Notes under the pieces: generated by a model
Seen by the model: only the letters and a program-made list of their open reading frames with translations
Database searches by the model: none
What the model was told of the DNA's origin: nothing
Translations under genes and position numbers: made by a program
Virus record (IMG/VR): IMGVR_UViG_3300038393_002081
Coordinates: 1 to 48,405 of that record
Source: a virus
Lineage: Duplodnaviria > Caudoviricetes
Length of the DNA: 48,405 nt
Strand: one strand, 5' to 3'
Shown: positions 18,701-26,840 of the stretch, in pieces
Position numbering within the stretch: position 1 is the first letter of the stretch
Layout: each line of letters opens with the position of its first letter

Positions 18701-18887
18701 GAGTCTTGTTTTATCAGTTCACAGTTTTCATAACGTGCCCAAAATGAATCGTCACTATGTTTCAGTTCACTATTCAGATGAAATAGTGCTTCTTGGAAAT
18801 CGGCACCTAATATGAAATAGACTTTCCCGTCGCTGTATTTAAGCGACATCCCTTTGTAAATCCGTAGTTTCTAAAATTCTTCTTTGG

Positions 18888-19304
18888 TCATGGCTTATCT
18901 ACTTGAGATGCTTCAGGAGTGGCTTTAGTAGCGTCAATTGCTAAGCCAGCTTCTATCAGCCCGAAGCAGTCTATCCCGAGAGAACAGAAGTGGCGTGTGA
19001 GATCTGCATTAACCATAATTGAAGGCTTACCCTCTAAGGCAAATGGGCTGACGTAATCGGCCTCAGCCTCTTTAAAGTCTGACAGTGGACGCAGCACCAA
19101 TAGACATTGATTGACCTTTGGCGAAAAGCATTGATAGTGATGCCTCTTATCCTCTATTCTCGTGGCTATTTCTGCCCGATAGTTTTCGGTAGTGCAAGCG
19201 CCCTCTAAGCCAACAAGAGTGCCAACATGCGGGCTATTTTTATCGCCCCAAATAATCTTGCACCCTATATATAAGTGCAGATAGTCTTTAAGTTGCTTCT
19301 CCAT
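18888..19304 (-). CDS. Conserved Bacteroidota phage hypothetical protein
   Basis: YLHLYIGC...LVLRPLSD...DCFGLIEAGLAID. Confidence 0.7.
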   Translation of the reverse strand: MEKQLKDYLHLYIGCKIIWGDKNSPHVGTLVGLEGACTTENYRAEIATRIEDKRHHYQCFSPKVNQCLLVLRPLSDFKEAEADYVSPFALEGKPSIMVNADLTRHFCSLGIDCFGLIEAGLAIDATKATPEASQVDKP

Positions 19305-19411
19305 TGTTCTTAATTTATTTAGCGGGAAGAATAGGCTTGCGAGCCTTAGCGCCCATCAGTGACAAGACCTTCACGAATTATCAACCAATCACGCTTTCTT
19401 CCCTTGTTGTT

Positions 19412-19627
19412 TTATGCCGCTCCGTGCTCGTTGAAAGCAAGTACGTCAAGTGGTACGTCTCGCTTTGCTGAATGGCTAATCTGCAATTGCACTTTTGTAG
19501 TGCGCAGGATTTCTCTGGCTTGCGACGCGATGGCATCTGCTTGACCGCAATCCATAGAGCCGTCTTTCACTTTGTTCAGTGTTTCCCAAAGTGTGTTTTT
19601 CAGGTTGTTTGCTGTGAGTTTTTCCAT
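19412..19627 (-). CDS. Small helical protein (paralog of 22941..23189)
   Basis: LKNTLWETLNKVKDG...QADAIA...IL..K pattern. Confidence 0.65.
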   Translation of the reverse strand: MEKLTANNLKNTLWETLNKVKDGSMDCGQADAIASQAREILRTTKVQLQISHSAKRDVPLDVLAFNEHGAA

Positions 19628-20114
19628 TGTTTTTTCGGAATTGAGATTTGTTGACTGTTTTATTTTGAAACTTGATTACTAATAACTCGGGGCTTTTGCG
19701 CTCCAACTCAGATTCCAAAGAGCGAAGCAGAATAGCAGCTTCCCCAAACTCTCCATAGTCCATTTTCGCGCGACGCTTCTTGTCATATTCGCGTTTATAC
19801 GCCACCCACTTTGGTTGCCGCATTCGCTCAATGTGCAAGTGCATACGCTCTTTTCGTTTGATTGCCGCCTGCACAGGGTCGTAAGTGCGTTTGTGATATT
19901 CCGCCTTCTCACGTTTTATCCTGTCTGCTAACAGCCTTCTGCGTTCCTTGTCGTATTCAGCAACGCGAGCTTTCTTTTCTTCCACTGTCTTTCTTCTACC
20001 AAATCCCGCACAAGTCTTATTGCAATAGACATTTAAGCCCTTGCCTATAGCTCTATTGTAAGCACCCGTAGCAATCTCAAATACCGATTTGCAATAGGCA
20101 CATTTTGCTTCCAT
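19476..20114 (-). CDS. Zn-finger plus basic helical DNA-binding protein
   Basis: CAYC...YCNKTC followed by long Lys/Arg-rich helices. Confidence 0.6.
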   Translation of the reverse strand: MEAKCAYCKSVFEIATGAYNRAIGKGLNVYCNKTCAGFGRRKTVEEKKARVAEYDKERRRLLADRIKREKAEYHKRTYDPVQAAIKRKERMHLHIERMRQPKWVAYKREYDKKRRAKMDYGEFGEAAILLRSLESELERKSPELLVIKFQNKTVNKSQFRKNNGKTHSKQPEKHTLGNTEQSERRLYGLRSSRCHRVASQRNPAHYKSAIAD

Positions 20115-20127
20115 GAGTTGCTGCGTT

Positions 20128-20652
20128 TTAACCTTGACTAATTAGTGTTACTCCTTCTGCGGGAGAAGCGATGAACGTCACCTTGTATGTCGATTTGGAC
20201 GACTTGGGGGGCGGTATTAACTGATTGACCTCGCCTGTTTCCATGTCTGTCTCTGCCAATGGCTGTTTGAGCGCTTTCAGGAAGGTTTCACGGTCTTTCA
20301 ATGCTTTGGCCGCTTCCTCAACCTGTCCCTTTAAAGCCTTCCATTTTGGGTCTCCAGAGGCAGCGTAGTTGTACTTGGTACAGGCTTCAATCGGTTCTAT
20401 CCTGATGCAAGACAATACGCTGGTGCCGTCCTTTCCGTATTTGGAAACCTCGCTGATAATATCCTGGTCCAATTCTTCCAAAGCCGTTTCACAGGCTAGC
20501 ATGATGGCTTTGAGTTTTGCTACTGTGGGCAGCGTTTCCGCGAATCCGGTTCGGCAGTCATCGGCGATTGCTTTCCCGAGATTTACAGCATTGTCCTTCG
20601 AAGGCACGAGTTGTCCTGTAAAAAGGGCGGTGGTGGTAGTTTGTAGCTCCAT
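20128..20652 (-). CDS. Conserved recombination-module protein
   Basis: KYNY...LKDRETFLKAL...DMETGEV...PPKSS; adjacent to the SSAP. Confidence 0.6.
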   Translation of the reverse strand: MELQTTTTALFTGQLVPSKDNAVNLGKAIADDCRTGFAETLPTVAKLKAIMLACETALEELDQDIISEVSKYGKDGTSVLSCIRIEPIEACTKYNYAASGDPKWKALKGQVEEAAKALKDRETFLKALKQPLAETDMETGEVNQLIPPPKSSKSTYKVTFIASPAEGVTLISQG

Positions 20653-21437
20653 TATGCGGCGAGTTGTTGCTTACGTTCGGTAAACAGATTGAGTAATTGA
20701 GGATTGGATTTGACTACGTTTTCGTTCTGCTTGTATAGCGCACCGAGTTCTTCCTTGGAAGCACATTTGTTAACTTCATCCTTCCACGTTTCCAGCCCAT
20801 CTACTTCTTCGGCTGCCACTTCCTGAACCGTGACACCAGCTCCTTTGCCGACGCCGACATACGGTTCGCGCACAGCGCCCGGTATTGAGTCCGTCTCTGA
20901 TTCATCGAGAATGCCTAAGCCCAACAGGTCAAGTGTAGCACGGCGCTTAGCCTTTGTCTCTGCTTTCATAAGGGCATTGCAGAAAGCCTCGCCCTTTAGC
21001 CCTTCCACATTCACAGCTCCGATACTTTCCGTTACGCGGCCATCGGGAGTAGAAGCCTGAGCGGTCACAGCAAAACAGCCGTTGATTGTCTCGCGGTTTA
21101 CGATCCTGTGACTGACCTTATGAAGCTTGTTTAGCTGCTGTGCGCCGGAGCGGTCGCAATACAGCACTTCTTTACCATTCAGGCGAAGCAACTTGAAGGG
21201 CTGGCTTATCGGGTCAAGCCCTAACCGTTCGCAGAAAGAGCGATAGTATTCTACCTTCTGCTGCGGCGATAGTTTGGAAATGTCGCCATTGATAACGATG
21301 GACGAAATGATATTGGCGTCCAATGTTTGAAGCTCTGCGGCTTCCTGCTTTTTAAGTTGTTTGGTTGACATGGTAACGTTTGTTTCAGGTTCTGATTCGC
21401 TTAACATGATACCTATGGAAGTGTTTGGCTTTTCCAT
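20652..21437 (-). CDS. Single-strand annealing recombinase (Rad52/Sak-like)
   Basis: GDISKLSPQQKVEYY..CERLGLDP...ALMKAETKAKRRATL..LGLG. Confidence 0.7.
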   Translation of the reverse strand: MEKPNTSIGIMLSESEPETNVTMSTKQLKKQEAAELQTLDANIISSIVINGDISKLSPQQKVEYYRSFCERLGLDPISQPFKLLRLNGKEVLYCDRSGAQQLNKLHKVSHRIVNRETINGCFAVTAQASTPDGRVTESIGAVNVEGLKGEAFCNALMKAETKAKRRATLDLLGLGILDESETDSIPGAVREPYVGVGKGAGVTVQEVAAEEVDGLETWKDEVNKCASKEELGALYKQNENVVKSNPQLLNLFTERKQQLAA

Positions 21438-21449
21438 TGCTGATAGTGT

Positions 21450-21632
21450 TTAGTGGTTGATGTATCCACCGCTTTGCCGGTATTCGTAGTATTCCCTCCA
21501 CTGGTCAAGCTGAATGCGGTGGGCTTCGTAATCGTATGCGTTGATCTGTGCCGCTTCTCGCTCACGCTCCATTAAAGCCTTATCCTTGTTGGATATTGGC
21601 CGGTAGTTAATGGGGTGATTTGTCTTTTCCAT
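21450..21632 (-). CDS. Hypothetical protein
   Basis: 60-aa ORF. Confidence 0.5.
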   Translation of the reverse strand: MEKTNHPINYRPISNKDKALMEREREAAQINAYDYEAHRIQLDQWREYYEYRQSGGYINH

Positions 21633-21652
21633 TGTGAAATGTGTTCGTGTTA

Positions 21653-21913
21653 CTAAAAGGATTGCTGATCGGTAGTCGGGAAGTAGTAAGCGTAACCACC
21701 CTCGCCTTCATGGCCCATGTCCAGATTTGGACGCTTTGCCCTTTGCTTTACGGATATCATTTGTGCCCGGTATGCCTGGTTGCACCCTTGATCGAAATCA
21801 CACAGGTAGGTATTGTGGCTGTGCAGTTCGAGCAATTCTTTCTCTGTCTGCGCCTGAAGGATGGTCGCGCGGAGGATATGCTTATTCGTGTATGCTGTGC
21901 TGAAGATGGACAT
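21653..21913 (-). CDS. Hypothetical protein
   Basis: 86-aa ORF with an A/C-rich leader. Confidence 0.55.
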   Translation of the reverse strand: MSIFSTAYTNKHILRATILQAQTEKELLELHSHNTYLCDFDQGCNQAYRAQMISVKQRAKRPNLDMGHEGEGGYAYYFPTTDQQSF

Positions 21914-21936
21914 TGTGTTGCGAGGTGAAGTGCTGT

Positions 21937-22050
21937 TTATCGTTTGTGCTTTTGAGTGAGTCGAATGTTTCTGAGGTATCGCGGCCTTTCATCTGTGAAT
22001 AAGCAGTACAGGTAGACCACAACCGCAATGAGCGTAGTAGCCTCCTTCAT
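21937..22050 (-). CDS. 37-aa hydrophobic/basic peptide
   Basis: MKEATTLIAVVVYLYCLFTDERPRYLRNIRLTQKHKR*; ATGA coupled to the upstream ORF. Confidence 0.5.
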   Translation of the reverse strand: MKEATTLIAVVVYLYCLFTDERPRYLRNIRLTQKHKR

Positions 22051-22139
22051 AGCTCTTGGATTGGGTTATGGAATAATTGGGCAATGAGAATCAATGGCAG
22101 AAAGAGCAATAGCGCTACGAATAAGAGAATTGCTTTCAT
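22047..22139 (-). CDS. 30-aa signal-peptide-like micro-protein
   Basis: MKAILLFVALLLFLPLILIAQLFHNPIQEL*; starts 2 nt after the upstream stop. Confidence 0.55.
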   Translation of the reverse strand: MKAILLFVALLLFLPLILIAQLFHNPIQEL

Positions 22140-22141
22140 GA

Positions 22142-22420
22142 CTAAGCGGCTAATAGCCCCTTTGAAATGATCAATCTCCGCTTCATCAGGAGTTTGGCAA
22201 GCCTTGCGGCATAGAAGGCCCAGGCGTCTTCTCCATAGACCAATTCGGCTGCTATGATCATTTCCTCTACGTCCTCCAACTGAGGGAGGTTGCCTGACAT
22301 GAGTATGATATCATGCAGCTGCTCTGCATGGAGCAATGCCGGTCTATGCTCTCCTTTCTGAGAGGTGCTCATATCCTTGTAGGCGAATCCGGGTTTTGAG
22401 GGTGTGTGTTGAATGCACAT
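22142..22420 (-). CDS. Hypothetical protein
   Basis: 92-aa ORF. Confidence 0.5.
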   Translation of the reverse strand: MCIQHTPSKPGFAYKDMSTSQKGEHRPALLHAEQLHDIILMSGNLPQLEDVEEMIIAAELVYGEDAWAFYAARLAKLLMKRRLIISKGLLAA

Positions 22421-22422
22421 GA

Positions 22423-22737
22423 TTATGCGGTTTTAAGATGCTTCTGGTTAAGAATGATTTCCTTCACAACAAAGGGCTGTGACCACCTCCGGGCCCTCAT
22501 GCTGTCGCTCTTTAGCAAGAGTTCATAGGTCGGATTCTCGTAGCTGCCACTGATACCATTCGCTTCATGGATGTTGACTGCAACGCTTGTCCCCCATCGG
22601 ATAGCAAGGCATTCGTAGTCCGCTATCGGCACCACCTTCCTCTTCGAAAACAGCCAACCACCATATCTGACAGTAGTGTTGACAAGGGATAGGTATTGTT
22701 GCGGCATGCCCTCCGGAATGGGATATTTCTTTGTCAT
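22423..22737 (-). CDS. Hypothetical protein
   Basis: 104-aa ORF. Confidence 0.55.
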   Translation of the reverse strand: MTKKYPIPEGMPQQYLSLVNTTVRYGGWLFSKRKVVPIADYECLAIRWGTSVAVNIHEANGISGSYENPTYELLLKSDSMRARRWSQPFVVKEIILNQKHLKTA

Positions 22738-22740
22738 TGT

Positions 22741-22935
22741 CTAAGCAGGTATTTCCTGATTGATAAAGGAGTGCATTGTCGCCCATTCAGGACTTCCGGT
22801 ATCAGCGGATATCCGACAGGCTACAAGGGACAGTGCATCATCAAAGCCCCTTCTGTAGTCCTCCGTGTAGCAGGAGAGTTCATTTCTTAGCTGTCTTGCT
22901 TCTAAGAGGTCGGTAATAATGGGTAGGTCTTGCAT
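22741..22935 (-). CDS. Hypothetical protein
   Basis: 64-aa ORF; DYRRGFDDAL motif. Confidence 0.5.
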   Translation of the reverse strand: MQDLPIITDLLEARQLRNELSCYTEDYRRGFDDALSLVACRISADTGSPEWATMHSFINQEIPA

Positions 22936-22940
22936 GGGGA

Positions 22941-23189
22941 TTACGCTGGTTGTGACGTTGGCAATGCAGGCTCGGGGCGCTCTGCTTCCTGCATCATCTT
23001 CACGTATGCCATGTTCAACTTCGCCACCTTGACCAAGCTGTTTACCGTGTTGTTAATCGCTGTCGCTTGCTTGATATAAGTGACATCTTCTTTTAGCTTT
23101 TTCAGGCTATCAAGAAGCGTGTCTGTAATCGCTTTGGTAGTGTTTGGCATTTCGCTAATGATTGCCAGATTAGATTGTTGCTGTTCCAT
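22941..23189 (-). CDS. Small helical protein (paralog of 19412..19627)
   Basis: ITDTLLDSLKKLKED...QATAI...LVKVAK. Confidence 0.65.
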   Translation of the reverse strand: MEQQQSNLAIISEMPNTTKAITDTLLDSLKKLKEDVTYIKQATAINNTVNSLVKVAKLNMAYVKMMQEAERPEPALPTSQPA

Positions 23190-23631
23190 GTTTTAGGGAT
23201 TTTATTTGACGTTTGAGAATGATTTGATATCGTTTGATTTCGACTAACTCCTTTGGGTAGGCGCTTCCGGGCATTTTAATAAACGGGTCTTGCGAGAGCT
23301 TCCGCCGTACATAGCTATCCGAACATTCGTCTATGGACTTTTTTAGACGGGCGTTTTGTTTTTCGTTTATGACATTCCGGTTCTTTTCGTTATAGGATTT
23401 GTTGTAGGCTTTGGTGTATTCCGTGTTACGCCACTTTTTTAGGTAGTTGTAACGAGAGCCACGGAACGCAGGGTCTTTCATGTTCTCGTGGTACTTGTCG
23501 TTGGCGATTTGATTAAGGCATTTGTTGCAACGGGATTTGATTACTATAGTTCCTGTGTTCTTCTTTGTGACGGTTCCAAAGGCGCTGATAGGCAATTCTT
23601 CTTTGCACCATGAACACACTTTGCTTTCCAT
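23170..23631 (-). CDS. Zn-ribbon plus basic helical protein (HNH-type N-terminus without a nuclease domain)
   Basis: KVCSWCKEELPISAF...SRCNKC; SDSYVRRKL...PKELVEIKR..I.LKR. Confidence 0.65.
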   Translation of the reverse strand: MESKVCSWCKEELPISAFGTVTKKNTGTIVIKSRCNKCLNQIANDKYHENMKDPAFRGSRYNYLKKWRNTEYTKAYNKSYNEKNRNVINEKQNARLKKSIDECSDSYVRRKLSQDPFIKMPGSAYPKELVEIKRYQIILKRQIKSLKHGTATI

Positions 23632-24056
23632 TACGCAGCGTGTTTAGATTGTGAAAGAGTAGATTCCAGGAATTGAATCCTGTCAGACAGACTATCAGCC
23701 GGCGATACTTCAGGTATAGAACCCCGCTCCGTCCTGCCTTCTGACTGGTTGATGATTTCTCCCAAGTGGAAGTCCAACCGACGTGTACCGACCAGCGATA
23801 TCCATTCAGGCAAAGTCATCCATTGAACGGATGTGACCGGCTCCCCTGCTGCATCGTCGCAAGTGATTGGTTCCGGTATAAGACCATTGCGGGCATGGAG
23901 CAGCTCCAAAAGTGATTCCTCGGATACCTCGCGGACGATGTGGTTGTCCAGATCGAGCGGAGAGATGCAAAAACATCTCCAGCCTGTAGCTGTCGGCTCT
24001 GAAAAATCAACGGTCAGCTTTAGGCGATCAGAGGTGGGGGGATAGTTGTTATCCAT
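23631..24056 (-). CDS. Hypothetical protein
   Basis: 141-aa ORF. Confidence 0.55.
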   Translation of the reverse strand: MDNNYPPTSDRLKLTVDFSEPTATGWRCFCISPLDLDNHIVREVSEESLLELLHARNGLIPEPITCDDAAGEPVTSVQWMTLPEWISLVGTRRLDFHLGEIINQSEGRTERGSIPEVSPADSLSDRIQFLESTLSQSKHAA

Positions 24057-24669
24057 TGGTCACCGCCTCCTTGCTGGTTTCGGTTATTGGCGTACAGTTA
24101 AGGCAGGCGATTGCGAAGGCTATAGCATGTTCGTATTGCGTACGATACAAGCTGCCAACCTCATACTCTTTAGTAACGGCTGATTTAAAATCAGCTTCGC
24201 TTCCGTAAAAACAACCGGTACAATAGAAGCGATTGCCGTCTTTGTCTCTTGTGACAGAGAGTGCAGCATTGCGCGAACCGAGGTTGTGAAATACCAATAT
24301 TGTGGCATTGCCGGAAACCTGTGCATTGCCGTAAACCCATGCATTGCCGTAAACCCGTGCATTGCCGGAAACCCATGCATTGCCGTAAACCCATGCATTG
24401 CCGTAAACCCATGCATTGCCGGAAACCCGTGCATTGCCGTAAACCCATGCATTGCCGTAAACCCATGCATTGCCGTAAACCCATGCATTGCCGTAAACCC
24501 ATGCATTGCCGTAAACCTGTAGGTTATTTTCAGAGGCTATGTAGCCTCCTTTTTCACCTGTTGCCACGTCGGCGAATGCCATCACGCATATTATCCTGTA
24601 AAGCGTGGTGCCGAACCAATCAATTTTGTCAGACTGATCGAGTTTGTATTTTGTGTTTACCTTTGCCAT
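24049..24669 (-). CDS. Hexapeptide-repeat (VYGNAW)n beta-helix phage protein
   Basis: TLYRI...GEKGGYI..E.NL followed by 12 hexapeptide repeats and a TGCFYGS C-terminus; start MAKVNTKY preferred. Confidence 0.85.
   Translation of the reverse strand: MAKVNTKYKLDQSDKIDWFGTTLYRIICVMAFADVATGEKGGYIASENNLQVYGNAWVYGNAWVYGNAWVYGNAWVYGNARVSGNAWVYGNAWVYGNAWVSGNARVYGNAWVYGNAQVSGNATILVFHNLGSRNAALSVTRDKDGNRFYCTGCFYGSEADFKSAVTKEYEVGSLYRTQYEHAIAFAIACLNCTPITETSKEAVTNG
24301..24516 (-). repeat. 18-bp tandem repeat x12 (consensus GTTTACGGCAATGCATGG)
   Basis: Near-identical units seen directly; encode VYGNAW/VSGNAR. Confidence 0.95.
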
Positions 24670-24722
24670 AGTCATTTGTCTTCTTTGAATGCGCTCCTGT
24701 TGACCGCAGGGGCGCTTTTTGA

Positions 24723-25061
24723 TTAAAAAAGTTGATGTGCTTTGCACTGCTCTCTGAATATCATCGTAGCGCTGGATACCAACGCCGCATAGTCCCTATC
24801 CACTTCGCTCAGCCCCTGGGCAGTAATAATCCCCGATTTCACGGTGTTCTTTCCAAACCTGACAGGCAGGGTCTTGGCGATACCCCAGTAGCTGCCGTTG
24901 GCCTCCTTGTGGAGCAATAGCCAGTATAGCTGCCGTGGGTGTGTGCATTTTTCTTGCTTTGTCTTTTGACACAGCGTATCCAGCGTTATTCCGTATACCT
25001 CTCTGGTAGCCACCTGAGCGGCCACTACCTGATAGGGAAAGGGAATGCGATGGAAGCTCAT
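24723..25061 (-). CDS. DnaA domain IV-like HTH protein
   Basis: VYGITLDTLCQKTK...THPRQLYWLL...SYWGIAK...TVKSG resembles the DnaA C-terminal domain. Confidence 0.7.
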   Translation of the reverse strand: MSFHRIPFPYQVVAAQVATREVYGITLDTLCQKTKQEKCTHPRQLYWLLLHKEANGSYWGIAKTLPVRFGKNTVKSGIITAQGLSEVDRDYAALVSSATMIFREQCKAHQLF

Positions 25062-25240
25062 GCTGCGTAGATGTTCTTCAGCTCCGTCCAGTTGTATAAA
25101 TAGCTTCTGGTGTCCTTCGTTTTCGGCTTTACCAATTCAGGATAGTTCCTGCGGATAGACCGCAGCTTTTCTTTTGTCAGCCCACCCGCCAGCCTTGACA
25201 GGTCGCGCGGTGTTATCCATGTTGGTTTAGTCATTGTCAA
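25058..25240 (-). CDS. Small DNA-binding protein (excisionase-like)
   Basis: WITPRDLSRLAG...LRSIRR...YLYNW, a winged HTH-like pattern early in the lytic operon. Confidence 0.5.
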   Translation of the reverse strand: MTMTKPTWITPRDLSRLAGGLTKEKLRSIRRNYPELVKPKTKDTRSYLYNWTELKNIYAA

Positions 25241-25248
25241 CTTCCTCT

Positions 25249-25290
25249 AACATCTATCCCCGCTTGCAGAGCAGAGGCGGGGCAGATGTT
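25249..25290 (-). terminator. Stem-loop (terminator/attenuator) in the early transcript
   Basis: AACATCT..CCCCGC / GCGGGG..AGATGTT inverted repeat. Confidence 0.5.
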
Positions 25291-25454
25291 TCATCAAAAC
25301 ACACACGATCAGATTTTCAAGTAGTAGCGGGGGTTCATCATGGTATTAAGGAGTTTTGTGGTTGGGGATTGTTGTTGTTGTTTATACACGTCTATCAGGA
25401 CGTGTTTGGGTAGTTTGTCATGATTGGTTGGGGGTTTGTATTGGGACGCCGTTG

Positions 25455-25658
25455 TTATGCGGCGGAATGTTCAGTGGCGTCAACAGCCAATCCGATTTCG
25501 ATAGCGGTACGCCCGTTCAACGGGTGATTTGGGGCAAAAAACAACGGCAATTCATCTGCTCTGTGGTAAGTTGACTTTCCATTGCCTTGTGTGTTTTTGG
25601 ATGAATTGAGAAATTTGTTTATTAGGAAAAAGAGTTGATCTTTGCCGCCATGTACCAC
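25455..25658 (-). CDS. Hypothetical protein downstream of Cro
   Basis: 67-aa ORF overlapping the Cro stop. Confidence 0.45.
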   Translation of the reverse strand: MVHGGKDQLFFLINKFLNSSKNTQGNGKSTYHRADELPLFFAPNHPLNGRTAIEIGLAVDATEHSAA

Positions 25659-25885
25659 TACGCCCCTTCTGTTTGAGCGTTTGCCCTGCGAGTCTTCTTT
25701 GCAGGGAACAGGTACTTTTCCAACTTCTCAGCCACCTCGTCTGTAGCCGTCCCCGTAAGTTTGATCCGGTGGATAGTTGTGCGATGCACGCCGCTGCCTT
25801 CTTCCACCAGTTTCAGGCTGCCTCGGAATTTGGTTTGCTTATCAAGCTCTTTGAGCGTTTTCCGGCTGAGTTCTACTACAAGCAT
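25658..25885 (-). CDS. Cro-like HTH regulator
   Basis: LVEEGSGVHRTTIHRIKLTG HTH; divergent from the CI-like gene. Confidence 0.75.
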   Translation of the reverse strand: MLVVELSRKTLKELDKQTKFRGSLKLVEEGSGVHRTTIHRIKLTGTATDEVAEKLEKYLFPAKKTRRANAQTEGA

Positions 25886-25956
25886 TTGGTGACGTTTTTA
25901 TCTTAACTTTCGGGCGCACATTTGTTGCGGCCCCGTTGCATTACGGTGCTAAGATA

Positions 25957-25990
25957 GGGACAACAGTTCCCAAAAAGGAACAACAATTCC
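25957..25990. promoter_or_regulatory. Tandem operators of the genetic switch (GGGACAACAGTTCC and GGAACAACAATTCC)
   Basis: Two 14-bp imperfect palindromes 20 bp apart between the divergent HTH genes, next to a leftward TATCTTAG -7-like box at 25949-25956. Confidence 0.7.
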
Positions 25991-26035
25991 TTTTAACGTT
26001 TGTTAATGTTTTAGAACGCTTGAAAACATTGCCTC

Positions 26036-26680
26036 ATGACGGCAAAAAATATTTATCAGGAGATATTCAGGGTGAAGAATACCGACCATTTGCAGCTCGA
26101 ACGTGAGGCAAATTTGGGCGAGAAGACAGTCTATCGGGCATTGAATAGGAACACTGGTTCCTTGTCTGCTGATACAGCAAAGAAGATTCACACCCTATAT
26201 CCTGACATTTCTTTGCAATGGCTACTGACCGGAGAGGGCGATATGTTCACCAACCCAACAGACAAGCCGGACACAAACACCAAAAGCCCCGAACCGCCTG
26301 ATTACTTCAGGACGATCATAGAGCAGCAGGCGGCTATCCTGACCATGTTAGCGCATGGACAGGTAGATATCAGGGAAACAGCAAGGGAGGCAAAGGACAT
26401 GGCAATAAACGCCCTTGCCGGGTATCAGGAACTAAAGACTACTGTCGATGGCGATCATGGAACGCTTGAAGACGTAAAAGCCAGACTGGGCGGGCTTCAG
26501 GAAGTAATATTGAAGAAAATTGCAGCGCTTGTGAATAAGCAGGATTTGCCTCCAACGAGTCCGGAAGAATTGGCTTCAGCGTCTCACATAGCTTCAAAAA
26601 AGTTCCGGAAAGAACAAAAAACGGGCACTCAGACGAATGAGGGCAAGAAAAGCAGCGTAAAGGAAAAGGTTGGGACATAG
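26036..26680 (+). CDS. CI-like repressor (HTH plus coiled coil, no S24 peptidase domain)
   Basis: LEREANLGEKTVYRAL...YPDISLQWLLTGEGDM signature. Confidence 0.85.
   Translation: MTAKNIYQEIFRVKNTDHLQLEREANLGEKTVYRALNRNTGSLSADTAKKIHTLYPDISLQWLLTGEGDMFTNPTDKPDTNTKSPEPPDYFRTIIEQQAAILTMLAHGQVDIRETAREAKDMAINALAGYQELKTTVDGDHGTLEDVKARLGGLQEVILKKIAALVNKQDLPPTSPEELASASHIASKKFRKEQKTGTQTNEGKKSSVKEKVGT
26439..26678 (-). CDS. Putative antisense ORF overlapping the repressor 3' end
   Basis: Perfect TAATTTTG -7 box at 26698-26705 (-), CACACACAGAACT leader, CxxC motif. Confidence 0.35.
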   Translation of the reverse strand: MSQPFPLRCFSCPHSSECPFFVLSGTFLKLCETLKPILPDSLEANPAYSQALQFSSILLPEARPVWLLRLQAFHDRHRQ

Positions 26681-26840
26681 TTCTGTGTGTGTGACGACAA
26701 AATTATCAGGATGCTTGCACCCTATGTGCAGGTGCCAAAATATACAACACCGGAAAGGAGAAAAATGCTTTAGATCAGTCCCAAACAAAGAAAAATCTTG
26801 GACAAAAAGCGGTTTGCTTCCTGTAATATACCCTCCGAAT

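Noticed and set aside
24120-24671. CRISPR array or repetitive ORFs in other frames (MHGFTA, MGLRQC, CRKPMH)
   Set aside because: Units are contiguous 18-mers without spacers; the other frames are shadows of the VYGNAW repeat.
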